The notes under the pieces are model-generated. The model did no database searches. It had not been told where the DNA came from and worked only from the letters and a program-made list of their open reading frames with translations. From NCBI GenBank assembly GCA_965222375.1, contig CBDCTZ010000014.1:800001-864000 (forward strand): a stretch of DNA of 64,000 nt, in the 5' to 3' direction. This document shows positions 46,055 through 55,888 of the stretch, in pieces (the first letter of the stretch is position 1; each line of letters begins with the position of its first letter). The position numbers and the translations under genes are program-made. Source of the DNA: Polyangiaceae bacterium. GTDB taxonomy: Bacteria; Myxococcota_A; Polyangia; Polyangiales; Polyangiaceae.

Positions 46055-49000
46055 ATGGCAACCACTTCCACTATTTCCGGATCGGCCGAGAGGCCGAAGA
46101 GCTCCCCCTTGGATCTCCGCGAGCTGCTTTGTGGACGTCGTCTGGTGATCCTTGGCGGTACCGGTTTCTTGGGCAAGGTGTTCTGGACCTTCTTGCTCTC
46201 GAAGTACCCGGAGATAGGACATATCCACTTGGTCGTTCGTGCCCGCGGTGGGCAAACGGCGTCGCAGCGGTTCTGGAAGGACATCGCGACCAACGATTGC
46301 CTCAACGCACTGCGCGAGGAGCACGGGGATCAATTCGAGGCGTTCTTGCGCGACAAGATCACGCCCATTGCCGGCGACGTCAGCCACGCGTTCTGTGGCT
46401 TGGAGCCCTCGGTGCGTGACGACCTGCGAGGCAGCGTCGACGCGGTGATCAACGCCTCCGGCGTCGTCGACTTCGACCCTCCGTTGGACCATGCCCTCGA
46501 GGTCAACGCCTTCGGCGTGCAAAACCTCGTGGAGCTGGCTAAAGATCTCGGGGACGCCGCGCTGATGCATACTAGCACTTGCTTCGTGGCTGGAGAGCGC
46601 ACAGGCATCATCGAGGAGCAGGATCCTCGTGACATTCCCTTTCCGCGCGCAGGGGAGTTGGACCCGTCCCATTGGGATCCGGACCGCGAAATCGCCGAGT
46701 GCATGGATGTGGTCGAGCAAGCGCGCCATCGCATGAGCGACGCCTTTCGCCAAAGCCACTTCTTGGACGAAGCAAAGAAGAATCTACGCGAGCGCGGCGA
46801 ACCCGCTCGCGGCGTCGTTCTCGAGCGCGCTGTGGAGCGCGTGAAGCGCAAGTTCGTCGAGGGCCAGCTTGCGGAAATGGGCACGGAACGCGCCCATTTC
46901 TGGGGCTTCCCCAACACCTATACCTACACCAAGGCCATTGGTGAGCAGATCGTCGCGCGTGCTGGGCTCGCGTTCACGATCGTGCGTCCGGCCATCGTCG
47001 AGTCGACGAGCTTCTACCCGTTTCCGGGTTGGAATGAGGGCATCAACACCAGCGCGCCGCTGATCTACAGCCTGCGCGAGGGGCAGACGCAGATCCCCGG
47101 GGGCGACAACGCTCTGGACTTCATTCCCTGCGACATGGTCGCTGGCGGGATGGTGCTGTCGCTGGCCGAACTCTTCGAGGGCACGGCGCCAGCGGTGTAT
47201 CAATACGGTTCCAGCGACAGCAATCCCTGCAGCATGCGGCGCTTCTTCGAGCTCTCCGGGCTCTACAAGCGCAAATACTACCAGCGCACCGGGCGGGGTG
47301 GCCCCGTTGTGAGTGCGCTGCAGTCCCGCTTCGAGGGCGCGCTGCTCAGCGCCGACCAGTTCAAGACCTACGGACCGCGAGCTATTTCGAAGGGCACGGG
47401 CGCCCTGTCCAATGCACTGAAGAAGATGGCTATCGGCCCAGCCGCCAGCTTATTCCGACCCGCTGCCAGCGCCGTCAAAGGCTTCTCCCGCCAACAGGAG
47501 AAAATTGCGGACGTGCTGGAGGCCTTCGTGCCTTTCACGGCACAGTTCGACTACACCTTCCGCTGCGACAACACGCGCTCGGCCGTTCAACGCCTGTCCG
47601 AGGAAGACCAGCAGAAGATCCGCTGGGAGCCCGAGACCATCGATTGGCGGGATTGGTTCCTCACGGTGCACATCCCTGGACTGGAAAAGTGGGTCTTCCC
47701 GAAGATCGACGAGCGCATTCGTCGTGAGGTGAAAGCGCCGGATCCCCACGCCACCTTGCCCCTCTTGCTCGAGGAAATGGCTGAGCGCCACGACCTGGCC
47801 ATTGCGTTGCAGCGCACCGAGGCCGAAGGGCTCTCGCGACTATCGTTTCAGGACGTTCGCGCGCGCGCCCTCTCCCTAGCCGAGCGACTCCGGGAGCAGG
47901 GCGTTGGCCCTGGGGATCGCGTCATTCTCGCTGGCGCCAACCACCCGTCTTGGCCCATTGGCTTCTTCGGCATTCTGTACACCGGTGCCGCAGTGGTGCC
48001 CTTGGATGAGAAGGTCGAGGCCGACGCGGCCGCGAATCTCGCTCGGGCGTCCAAGGCCAAGGTGTTCTTGGCGGACGCGAAGGTGCGTGGGCGCGTGCGA
48101 GCAGACGTCGACGCGATGCGCGGTGACAGCATCCAGTGGCTGGACCTATGGAGCGCTGCCGAACCTGGTGCGCAGCTGGCTGAACCCCATCACGGAAGTG
48201 CCGACGATGTTGCCGCGTTGATCTACACCAGCGGCACGACGGGTACGCCCAAAGGCGTGATGCTGACTCACGAGAACTTGACGGCCCTGGTCGCTGCTCT
48301 TTCGCCCCTGTTCCCGCTGACCAAGGGTGACCGCGTGCTGTCGGTGCTGCCCCTGCATCACACCTTCGAACTCACTTGCGGCCTGCTGCTGCCCATGTCT
48401 CGAGGCGCGCGCATCGTCTATCTGGACGAGCTCACTGCCGAACGACTGGAGGTCGGGCTGAAGAGCGGGCGCATCACCGCCATGATTGGTGTGCCGGCCC
48501 TGTGGGAAATGCTTGAGCGACGCATCACTACCCGGGTCGCCGAGCACGGCAAGTTGGCCTCCCACGTGTTCGGCTTTGCCGTCGAGCTGTCACGCACCTT
48601 GGGCAAGGGGTTGGGCGTGGACGCTGGGCGGCTCCTTTTCGGTCCGGTGCACTCCGGCCTGGGCGGGCATCTGCGCTACTTGGTCAGCGGTGGGGCGGCC
48701 TTGCCCGAAAAGACCCACCATCTCTTTGCCGGCTTGGGGCTTCACCTTGCCGAGGGCTACGGGCTCACGGAGGCCGCGCCTGTGCTCACCGTGGCCTCGG
48801 GCGGGCCCCGAGCTCGTTCTGGGCACGTAGGCAAGGCCGTGCCCGGCGTGGAGATCCGCATCGCAGATCCGAACTCGAGCGGTGTGGGTGAAGTGCTAGC
48901 GCGAGGGCCCAACGTGATGTTGGGCTATTCCGACGACGAAGAAGAGAGCAAGCGCGTGATCGACGCCGATGGCTGGCTGCACACGGGCGATCTGGGCAAG

Positions 49001-50782
49001 CTCGACAAGCGCGGCAACCTCGTGATTGTCGGCCGCGCGAAAGACGTCATCGTCACGTCCGCTGGAGAGAACATCTACCCGGACGACGTCGAGGCCCGCC
49101 TGGGCAACGTCGAGAGCGTGGAGGAGTTTGCCTTCGTTGGCATCAGCGCGGATCGTGGGGGCGAACGCCTGGCCTGCGTGGCCGTTCCTACGCCTACGCC
49201 GGAGCTATCGCGCGCGGACCGCCATGCTCGCGCCAAGAAGTCACTGGAGCGCGCGCTTTCGGCTCTGCCGGCGGTGCAGCGCCCCGCCGTCGTGCAACTC
49301 GTCGATGGGCCTCTGCCGCGCACGGCGACGCGCAAAGTGAAGCGTGGCGAGGTTAAGAGCATGTTGGAGCGGGTCGCGCCATTGTCCGAGCGGCCGCCAC
49401 GAATGGAAGGCGCGGAGCACTTGAACGTCTCGGCGCAGCGCGTTCGGGCGGCTGTGGGAGCCATCACGCGCAAAGATCCCAAAAAACTGGCCCCGGGCAT
49501 GAGTTTGCGCGGAGATTTGGGCTTCGATTCGCTCATGCTGCTCGAGCTGCTCGTCGCCCTCGAGTCCCAGCTGGGCCAAACCTTGGACGCCGAGCGCCTG
49601 AGCGCCTGCGACACCATCGCGGATGCAGAAGCGGTGGTCGCGGAGGTGTCGTCGGCTAGTCGACCCTCGGCCACGGCCAGCATCGAGCGTGAGACCGAGG
49701 AAAGCTTGGAGATACCGCCGCAGATGCGCGATGCGGCCATGCACTGGATGGGGCGCGCCCAGATGGGCTTCTACGACCGAGTGTTGCGGACGAAGATCAC
49801 CGGTCGCGCGTTCTTGCCCTACAACCGCAACACCATCGTAGCGGCCAACCATGCCAGCCACTTGGACATGGGGCTGGTGAAGTATGCATTGGGGAGCTAC
49901 GGCCAGGACCTCGTGTCGTTGGCAGCGCAGGACTACTTCTTCGAAGGCAACCGCTGGCGCAAGACCTACTTCGAGAACTTCACCAACCTGGTGCCCATGA
50001 GTCGCAGCGGCTCGTTGCGCCAGAGCTTGCGTCAAGCTGGGTCCTTGCTCGATGAAGGCAAGACGGTTCTGGTCTTCCCGGAAGGCACGCGCAGCGCGGA
50101 CGGCGAAGTGCACGAGTTCAAGAGCGCCGTTGGCTATCTAGCGCTGCACCACAACACGGACATCTTGCCCGTGTATCTCGTGGGCACGCACCGAGCATTG
50201 CCCAAGGGTGCCACCTTGATGCGGCGGCGCGATGTGGGCGCGCGCATCGGCCCGCCCCTGTGCATTGGAGATCTGCGCCGTTTGACGGAGGGGCTGTCGC
50301 CGAGCGAGGCGTCCCGGGCGGTCACGGAACTGACTCGCCGCGCGATTCTGGCGCTTCGCCGCGGTGCGGTGCTGGACATCTCGACCCTGCAGCCGTCGGA
50401 CTTGAGCAAGGCCGATGCGGCGGACGACTCGATTGCAGGTGTCTTCCAAGAACTCGAGCCGCGGTTCGTGGCTGGCGCCGTGGACAAACCGGTGAATTTC
50501 TACTTCGCCCTGGGGGACAAGGACCGCTTCACCCTCAAGCTCACTCCCGAGAGCTGCGAAGTGCTCGAGGGCAAGGCGGTCGATCGAGCGGATTGTGTTT
50601 TGAAGACGAGCCCGGAGATGTTCCGTCGCATCGTGCGCGAGGCCTATACGCCCACCCCCGCCGAGTTCATGTCTGGAGAAGTGAAGAGCAACGACATCGC
50701 GCTCTTGATGACGTTCCAACGTGCCTTCGGTCTTGATGCCGACTCACAGCCGAAACAAAGCTCCAGCGCTCGCGCACCTTGA
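46055..50782 (+). CDS. elbD: Multidomain ether-lipid synthase-like enzyme: fatty acyl reductase - adenylation - carrier - acyltransferase - SCP2
   Basis: GGTGFLG and YTYTK (reductase); YTSGTTGTPKG, GYGLTE and HTGDLG (adenylation); GFDSL (Ppant Ser); NHASHLD and FPEGTRS (PlsC-like); SCP2-like tail. The symbol is based on architecture. Confidence 0.85.
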   Translation: MATTSTISGSAERPKSSPLDLRELLCGRRLVILGGTGFLGKVFWTFLLSKYPEIGHIHLVVRARGGQTASQRFWKDIATNDCLNALREEHGDQFEAFLRDKITPIAGDVSHAFCGLEPSVRDDLRGSVDAVINASGVVDFDPPLDHALEVNAFGVQNLVELAKDLGDAALMHTSTCFVAGERTGIIEEQDPRDIPFPRAGELDPSHWDPDREIAECMDVVEQARHRMSDAFRQSHFLDEAKKNLRERGEPARGVVLERAVERVKRKFVEGQLAEMGTERAHFWGFPNTYTYTKAIGEQIVARAGLAFTIVRPAIVESTSFYPFPGWNEGINTSAPLIYSLREGQTQIPGGDNALDFIPCDMVAGGMVLSLAELFEGTAPAVYQYGSSDSNPCSMRRFFELSGLYKRKYYQRTGRGGPVVSALQSRFEGALLSADQFKTYGPRAISKGTGALSNALKKMAIGPAASLFRPAASAVKGFSRQQEKIADVLEAFVPFTAQFDYTFRCDNTRSAVQRLSEEDQQKIRWEPETIDWRDWFLTVHIPGLEKWVFPKIDERIRREVKAPDPHATLPLLLEEMAERHDLAIALQRTEAEGLSRLSFQDVRARALSLAERLREQGVGPGDRVILAGANHPSWPIGFFGILYTGAAVVPLDEKVEADAAANLARASKAKVFLADAKVRGRVRADVDAMRGDSIQWLDLWSAAEPGAQLAEPHHGSADDVAALIYTSGTTGTPKGVMLTHENLTALVAALSPLFPLTKGDRVLSVLPLHHTFELTCGLLLPMSRGARIVYLDELTAERLEVGLKSGRITAMIGVPALWEMLERRITTRVAEHGKLASHVFGFAVELSRTLGKGLGVDAGRLLFGPVHSGLGGHLRYLVSGGAALPEKTHHLFAGLGLHLAEGYGLTEAAPVLTVASGGPRARSGHVGKAVPGVEIRIADPNSSGVGEVLARGPNVMLGYSDDEEESKRVIDADGWLHTGDLGKLDKRGNLVIVGRAKDVIVTSAGENIYPDDVEARLGNVESVEEFAFVGISADRGGERLACVAVPTPTPELSRADRHARAKKSLERALSALPAVQRPAVVQLVDGPLPRTATRKVKRGEVKSMLERVAPLSERPPRMEGAEHLNVSAQRVRAAVGAITRKDPKKLAPGMSLRGDLGFDSLMLLELLVALESQLGQTLDAERLSACDTIADAEAVVAEVSSASRPSATASIERETEESLEIPPQMRDAAMHWMGRAQMGFYDRVLRTKITGRAFLPYNRNTIVAANHASHLDMGLVKYALGSYGQDLVSLAAQDYFFEGNRWRKTYFENFTNLVPMSRSGSLRQSLRQAGSLLDEGKTVLVFPEGTRSADGEVHEFKSAVGYLALHHNTDILPVYLVGTHRALPKGATLMRRRDVGARIGPPLCIGDLRRLTEGLSPSEASRAVTELTRRAILALRRGAVLDISTLQPSDLSKADAADDSIAGVFQELEPRFVAGAVDKPVNFYFALGDKDRFTLKLTPESCEVLEGKAVDRADCVLKTSPEMFRRIVREAYTPTPAEFMSGEVKSNDIALLMTFQRAFGLDADSQPKQSSSARAP

Positions 50783-50955
50783 CCGACGCGGAGTAACTCA
50801 GGCAGTCCAGGCTGCGCGACGAACAAAGCGCAGCTGCAGGAACACTCTCACTGCAATTTGGGTCGTCACGCCTTGACACGACTCGTCAGAGCGCTACGAG
50901 CCTAGCAGGGGGTGCGGAGAAGGTGCTTTGCGATCCCCGGCCTGAAGGGGGTCTT

Positions 50956-51138
50956 ATGAGCAATCAAGACATGGTCGACGATCCGGAGCTGAGGCAATCA
51001 CTTCGCGTGATCGAGCGTCAACGCGCGACCAAGAAGTGGGGCGTCATCATCGGTATCTTTCTCGCGTTGGGGATCGCGATGCTAGCGGTGACCTTGGCGT
51101 ACAACGACACGCCGGAGTCAGCGCCGGCCGCTAAGTGA
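50956..51138 (+). CDS. Small single-TM protein
   Basis: 60 aa, GAAGGGGG RBS, one TM helix. Confidence 0.55.
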   Translation: MSNQDMVDDPELRQSLRVIERQRATKKWGVIIGIFLALGIAMLAVTLAYNDTPESAPAAK

Positions 51139-51304
51139 GCTGAACCGCTCCGAATCCGCCTCGCGTTGCTGCGGGCGGTCGTGGCGCGCGGGACCCACTT
51201 CGGATTCGGGAGTGGGGCTAGTGCCACCCGGTGAAAACTCCAGAAATCGCCAAATTTCGATGAGATCGGCTTTGGCCCGGGCGTTGCTACTGCGCTGGCT
51301 CGAG

Positions 51305-53314
51305 ATGAAGGCGTTTTCGGCATTGGTCGGTTTGGTTCTTGCGGGACTGTCCCCGGCGTGTAGCTCCGGAGCCGGGGGAAGCGGCGGAGGTATCGGCGGT
51401 ACTGCGGCCAGCGGCGGCAGTGGTGCCGGTGGGGGCCTCGGTGGTTTTGGTGCATTCGGGGGCAGCGCTGGTCAGGGTGGCGAAGCGGGCGGACCGTCCT
51501 GCAGCGGTATGCCGATCACGACAAGCGGCGTGTTGGACTTCGATGCCAAGAGCGTGCTCGTCGGGGGCAACGTCACGTTGAACGGAGCCGCGTTGCCGGA
51601 TCTCTTCGAGAGCCGTGGGCGCATCGTTTTCGAGGAACTGGACACGGGCAAGAGTGTCGATGTCGATTTGCTCGACTCCGGACCTCTGAGCTACCAGCTT
51701 CGGATTCCGCCGGGTCGCTACACCGTGGAGTACGACGCCAACACCTCCTCGTGTTCGGGTCCGACATTCTCGGTGATGCCGTGCATCGACGGTGAGCTGA
51801 TCGAGGAGCTACAGATCAACAGCGACGGCGCCTTCGACATCGACATTCGCACCGTGAAGGTGCAGGGCAGCGTCGGCATCAACGGCAAGTTGATGCCCGA
51901 CAGCAGCATGGACCGGGGCAACCTGGAATTCCGCCTCCAGTCCGGCGGCGTCGCGCAGACCGTGGATTTTGGGCCTATTGGCGCGGCGGGCTACCAAATC
52001 ACGCTGCTCCCGGGCAGCTACAATGTGGAATGGGACGGTGATTCTTCCCTGTGTAGCAGCGGCCAGGTGTCACCAGTGCCCTGCAACGACGGGATCGTGC
52101 TGAAGGATGTGCAGCTCACAACGGATGGTGAACTACATGTGGATGTACCGACGGTGCGGGTGCAAGGCAGCGTGGGCATCAACGGTCAGGCCATGCCTGC
52201 GGCCAGCGGTGACCGCGGTGCGCTGAGCTTCGATCGGGAAAACGGAAACAGTCTATCCACAAAGAGCTTTGGACCGTCTGGGCCCGCCAACTACACAGCG
52301 ACATTGCTGGCCGGAACCTATGACGTCGAGTGGGAGGGCCAGTCGAATCTGTGTGATGCGGGCGTGACCCCGCCCGTGCCGTGTAACGACGGTGTCGTCA
52401 AGAAGGCCGTACAGCTGACGACGGACGGTGAGTTGCACATTGATGTGCCGGCGGTCCGAGTGCAGGGCGCCGTAGGCGTCAACGGAAAGCTGATGCCCGA
52501 TGCGAGTGGCGACCGGGGTGCCATCGAGTTTCGCTTGGACGGAGGCGGCAGCCTGGCTACGAAGAATTTCGGCCCCGTCGGCGCGGCCAGCTACGCTGTC
52601 ATGTTGCTGGCGGGAACCTACAAAGTGGAGTGGGATGGTCACTCACACAATTGCGACACCGGCGTGCCTTCACCGGTGCCTTGCAACGACGGCATCTTGA
52701 TGAAGGACGTCAAGCTAACCACCGACGGCGAGCTCCACGTGGATGTGCCCGCGGTGCGAGTTCAAGGCACGGTGGGCATCAACGGCAAGGTAATGCCCGA
52801 CGCCACGGGGGATCGCGGCGCCCTCGAATTCGAACGTGAGGGCGGAGGGAGCTTCACCACGAAAACCTTCGGGCCCGTGGGGCCGGCCGGCTACAACACG
52901 ACGCTGCTCGCGGGCAGCTACGAGGTTCAGTGGGATGGTCGTTCTCAGAACTGCCAGGATGGTGCGTCGTCGCCCGTGCCCTGCAACGACGGTCCCGTAA
53001 TGAAGGACGTGCAGCTGACCGTGGACGGGGAGCTGCACGTAGACGTGCCCACGGTGATGATTCAAGGCACGCTGCGCCTCGACGGCGCGCCGCTCCCGAA
53101 CGCCAGCACGGATCGCGGCTCTCTGGACCTGCGTCTGGTCGGGGGCAGTGCCCTATCCACTCGCGCCTTCGATGCCGTCGGCGCCGTGAACTACCAGGCG
53201 ACGCTGATCGCCGGAAACTACGTGGTCACCCACGACTCCCGTTCCGAGCTGTGCCAACCCGGCGGCATATTGAGCGTGCCGTGCTTGGACCAGGTGCTGG
53301 CAGGCTGCCCCTGA
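51305..53314 (+). CDS. Lipoprotein with six ~100-aa tandem beta-rich repeats
   Basis: SPAC lipobox; repeated VQGxVGINGxxMPD..DRG..LLxGxYxVEWDG..C..PVPCNDG..LTTDGELHVD. Confidence 0.88.
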   Translation: MKAFSALVGLVLAGLSPACSSGAGGSGGGIGGTAASGGSGAGGGLGGFGAFGGSAGQGGEAGGPSCSGMPITTSGVLDFDAKSVLVGGNVTLNGAALPDLFESRGRIVFEELDTGKSVDVDLLDSGPLSYQLRIPPGRYTVEYDANTSSCSGPTFSVMPCIDGELIEELQINSDGAFDIDIRTVKVQGSVGINGKLMPDSSMDRGNLEFRLQSGGVAQTVDFGPIGAAGYQITLLPGSYNVEWDGDSSLCSSGQVSPVPCNDGIVLKDVQLTTDGELHVDVPTVRVQGSVGINGQAMPAASGDRGALSFDRENGNSLSTKSFGPSGPANYTATLLAGTYDVEWEGQSNLCDAGVTPPVPCNDGVVKKAVQLTTDGELHIDVPAVRVQGAVGVNGKLMPDASGDRGAIEFRLDGGGSLATKNFGPVGAASYAVMLLAGTYKVEWDGHSHNCDTGVPSPVPCNDGILMKDVKLTTDGELHVDVPAVRVQGTVGINGKVMPDATGDRGALEFEREGGGSFTTKTFGPVGPAGYNTTLLAGSYEVQWDGRSQNCQDGASSPVPCNDGPVMKDVQLTVDGELHVDVPTVMIQGTLRLDGAPLPNASTDRGSLDLRLVGGSALSTRAFDAVGAVNYQATLIAGNYVVTHDSRSELCQPGGILSVPCLDQVLAGCP

Positions 53315-53356
53315 GCCCGGCTTGACCTGCGCTCGGGGCACTGACATATCCCGCCG

Positions 53357-54439
53357 ATGGGTTCGGGCAACGGCGCATCCGCATCACGGCGACTCTGGGT
53401 CGGCGGGGGTACGGGCTTCTTGGGCTCCCACCTCGTGGGCGGGCTACAGGCCCAAGGCCACGACGTCACCGCCGTGAGCCGCTCCGGTGGAAACGTGCAG
53501 GACACGGCCGTGAGCAGCGTGGACATTCTGGACGCTGACGCCGTTGCGAAAAGCGCCAAGGGCGCCGAGGGCGCCTTCTTGTGCACCGGGCTCGTCAGTC
53601 GCGATCCCGACGCTGCAGAGGCCATGCATCGCACCCATGTGGTTGGGACGCGACAGGCGCTCGCGGGGCTGCGGGAAGCGGGCGTGCGGCGCGTGGTGGT
53701 GGCTAGCAGCAGTGGAACCATCGCTATCAGTGAGGATCCGGAGTTCATCGCCACGGAGGACGAGCCCGGATCCATCGAGCAGATCCTGCGTTTCCCGTAC
53801 TACCGCTCGAAGCTCTACGCCGAGCGCGAGGCTCTAGAAGCCAATACCCAGAGCTTCGAGGTCGTCGTGGTCAATCCAAGCTTGCTCCTGGGCCCGGGGG
53901 ATTTGCGCGAGTCGTCGACAATCGACATTCGCCGCTTCTTGGAGCGCGAAATCCCCGCTTCACCAGCTGGCGGTGTTGCGTTCGTCGACGCGCGGGATGC
54001 CGCGCTCGGAATGTGGCAAGCCTTCGAGCGCGGTCTCGCCGGCGAGCGCTATTTGCTCAATGCGAAGAACATGACCGTTCGCGCGATGTTCCAGCGACTC
54101 GAGCGCATGACTGGCGTTCCCGCACCCAAACTGGCTTTGCCCGCGTCGCGAACCGTTTCTCGCGGTGCCCATGCTCTGATGTCCGGCTTGCTCGACAAGA
54201 TCGGCGGCGAGATCCCCGTCGACGAGACCAGCGTCGAGATGGGACAACTGTATTGGTATTGCTCCAGCGAGAAGGCCGAGCGTCAGCTCGGCTTTTCGCC
54301 GCGGGATCCTGGGGAAACCCTGCGTGACACGGTCGATGACCTGATCGCCCGGGGCGCCGCGCACCCTCGGCCCGGTCTTGGTCTTTCGAGCGCAGCGCAA
54401 AAGGCTCTAGACGCCGTACGCAATCGCGCTTTCGGCTGA
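53357..54439 (+). CDS. NAD-dependent epimerase/dehydratase (extended SDR; possible ElbE-like)
   Basis: GGTGFLG, YYRSK (YxxxK) and NPSLLLGPGD. Confidence 0.9.
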   Translation: MGSGNGASASRRLWVGGGTGFLGSHLVGGLQAQGHDVTAVSRSGGNVQDTAVSSVDILDADAVAKSAKGAEGAFLCTGLVSRDPDAAEAMHRTHVVGTRQALAGLREAGVRRVVVASSSGTIAISEDPEFIATEDEPGSIEQILRFPYYRSKLYAEREALEANTQSFEVVVVNPSLLLGPGDLRESSTIDIRRFLEREIPASPAGGVAFVDARDAALGMWQAFERGLAGERYLLNAKNMTVRAMFQRLERMTGVPAPKLALPASRTVSRGAHALMSGLLDKIGGEIPVDETSVEMGQLYWYCSSEKAERQLGFSPRDPGETLRDTVDDLIARGAAHPRPGLGLSSAAQKALDAVRNRAFG

Positions 54440-54449
54440 TAGCTAAGCC

Positions 54450-55796
54450 TCAACGCTTGCGCCGGATGACGCCCGGCGGCGGCTCTTTGCGCGGTTGGGC
54501 CGGCGCCGCGGGCTGGGGCTGCGCCGCGGGTCGGGGCGACGCCTTGGCTGAAGTGTCAGCCGCCGCAGCAGCTGGTGGGTCGGCTTCACGCTCAGGAGCA
54601 GGCGCAGCCGCTGGTGCCGCCGGTGGTGGTCCCTTGGGCTTGGGCGCTTCGTCGGGCAGCCCGAGCTGCTTGCGAAATAGATCGCCGAAGCTTCCCAAAG
54701 CTGCCCCGCCAGATCCGCGGCCCCCGCCGAACTCGCGATAGTTCTTGCGCTCTTCGACCCGAGCGACACCCGTTACGGAAAAGCGCATCCGTTCGCCGGC
54801 CTTGACGACTACGACGTTGAGCACTTTGCCGACGGGACAAGCGCGGCGATGATCGGCGCCGGTCGCCAGCCCCAACTCCGACGCCGGTACGAGCCCCTCG
54901 CCGCGGCTTGTGCTGACGATCACGCCGCCGCCCGTGTGTTTGACGACCGTCGCTTCGAGCACTTCGTCCGCCGCAGGCGCCGTGGTGTCGCGCTCCATCA
55001 GCGCTTTCATGCTCAGCCGGACCCGAAGTCCCTTCTCGCCTTGCTCGATGGCCAAGATGCGTACGGAAACGCGATCTCCCTCGCTGACGACGTCGTCGGG
55101 AGAGCCCACACGCTTGTGGGCCAACTCCGATACATGAACGAAACCGTCGAGGCCGCCCAGATCGACGATGGCGCCGTGTTTGTTGGTACCCCGCACGACA
55201 CCTTCCATGTCCGAGCCCGGCGTGAGCGACGCCGCGAGCTTCTCGGCGACCTCTTGTTTCCGAGATTCCAGCAACGCCCGCCGAGACACGACGACGTTGC
55301 GCCCGCCATCTTTGAGTTCGAGGATCAACACTTCGACGTCGCTGCCCACGAAGCCCTCCAGATCGGCCGTGTGTCCCACTTCAACCTGAGATGCCGGGCA
55401 GAAGGCGCGCACACCGCCGATGTCGATCTCCAGGCCGGCCTTGACCGCTTTTGAAACGCGCCCGGAAACGGGCAGCTTGGATTCGAACGCCGTTTCGAGT
55501 TGAGAAATGTCCACGGCCCCGCCGCGCCCGACTGCAAGAGTCAACTGTGGCACGTCAGCTTCCGCGTCCACCACTGTCGCCTTCAAGCGGTCCCCGAGCT
55601 TGACCCGCAACTCGCCCTTCGCGTCTTCCAATTCGCCCCGGTCGATGCAGGCATCCGTCGGCGCACCCACGTCCAGAAAGATGCCTTCACTGCCGATCTG
55701 GATGACCGTGCCTTCCACGACATCACCGTGGCTCAGCCGGCGTTTCTCGCGGCTGTCCCCACCCGCAAACATCGAAGCAAAATCGTCTTGACCCAT
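54450..55796 (-). CDS. S1 RNA-binding domain protein (RpsA paralog, four S1 domains)
   Basis: DDFASMF, RAFCPASQV and GGLDGFVHVSELAH; Pro/Ala-rich tail. Confidence 0.88.
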   Translation of the reverse strand: MGQDDFASMFAGGDSREKRRLSHGDVVEGTVIQIGSEGIFLDVGAPTDACIDRGELEDAKGELRVKLGDRLKATVVDAEADVPQLTLAVGRGGAVDISQLETAFESKLPVSGRVSKAVKAGLEIDIGGVRAFCPASQVEVGHTADLEGFVGSDVEVLILELKDGGRNVVVSRRALLESRKQEVAEKLAASLTPGSDMEGVVRGTNKHGAIVDLGGLDGFVHVSELAHKRVGSPDDVVSEGDRVSVRILAIEQGEKGLRVRLSMKALMERDTTAPAADEVLEATVVKHTGGGVIVSTSRGEGLVPASELGLATGADHRRACPVGKVLNVVVVKAGERMRFSVTGVARVEERKNYREFGGGRGSGGAALGSFGDLFRKQLGLPDEAPKPKGPPPAAPAAAPAPEREADPPAAAAADTSAKASPRPAAQPQPAAPAQPRKEPPPGVIRRKR

Positions 55797-55888
55797 TCTG
55801 GGCCGGAGGATGCCATCGGCCCCCGCGCTTTCAAGACATACCGGCGACAATCTGAGAGCAGCGCCAATTCGAGGGCTTTGTCGCACCA

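Noticed and set aside
54450..55796. Canonical ribosomal protein S1 (rpsA)
   Set aside because: Only four, partly divergent S1 domains plus a Pro/Ala tail; a paralogue is more likely.
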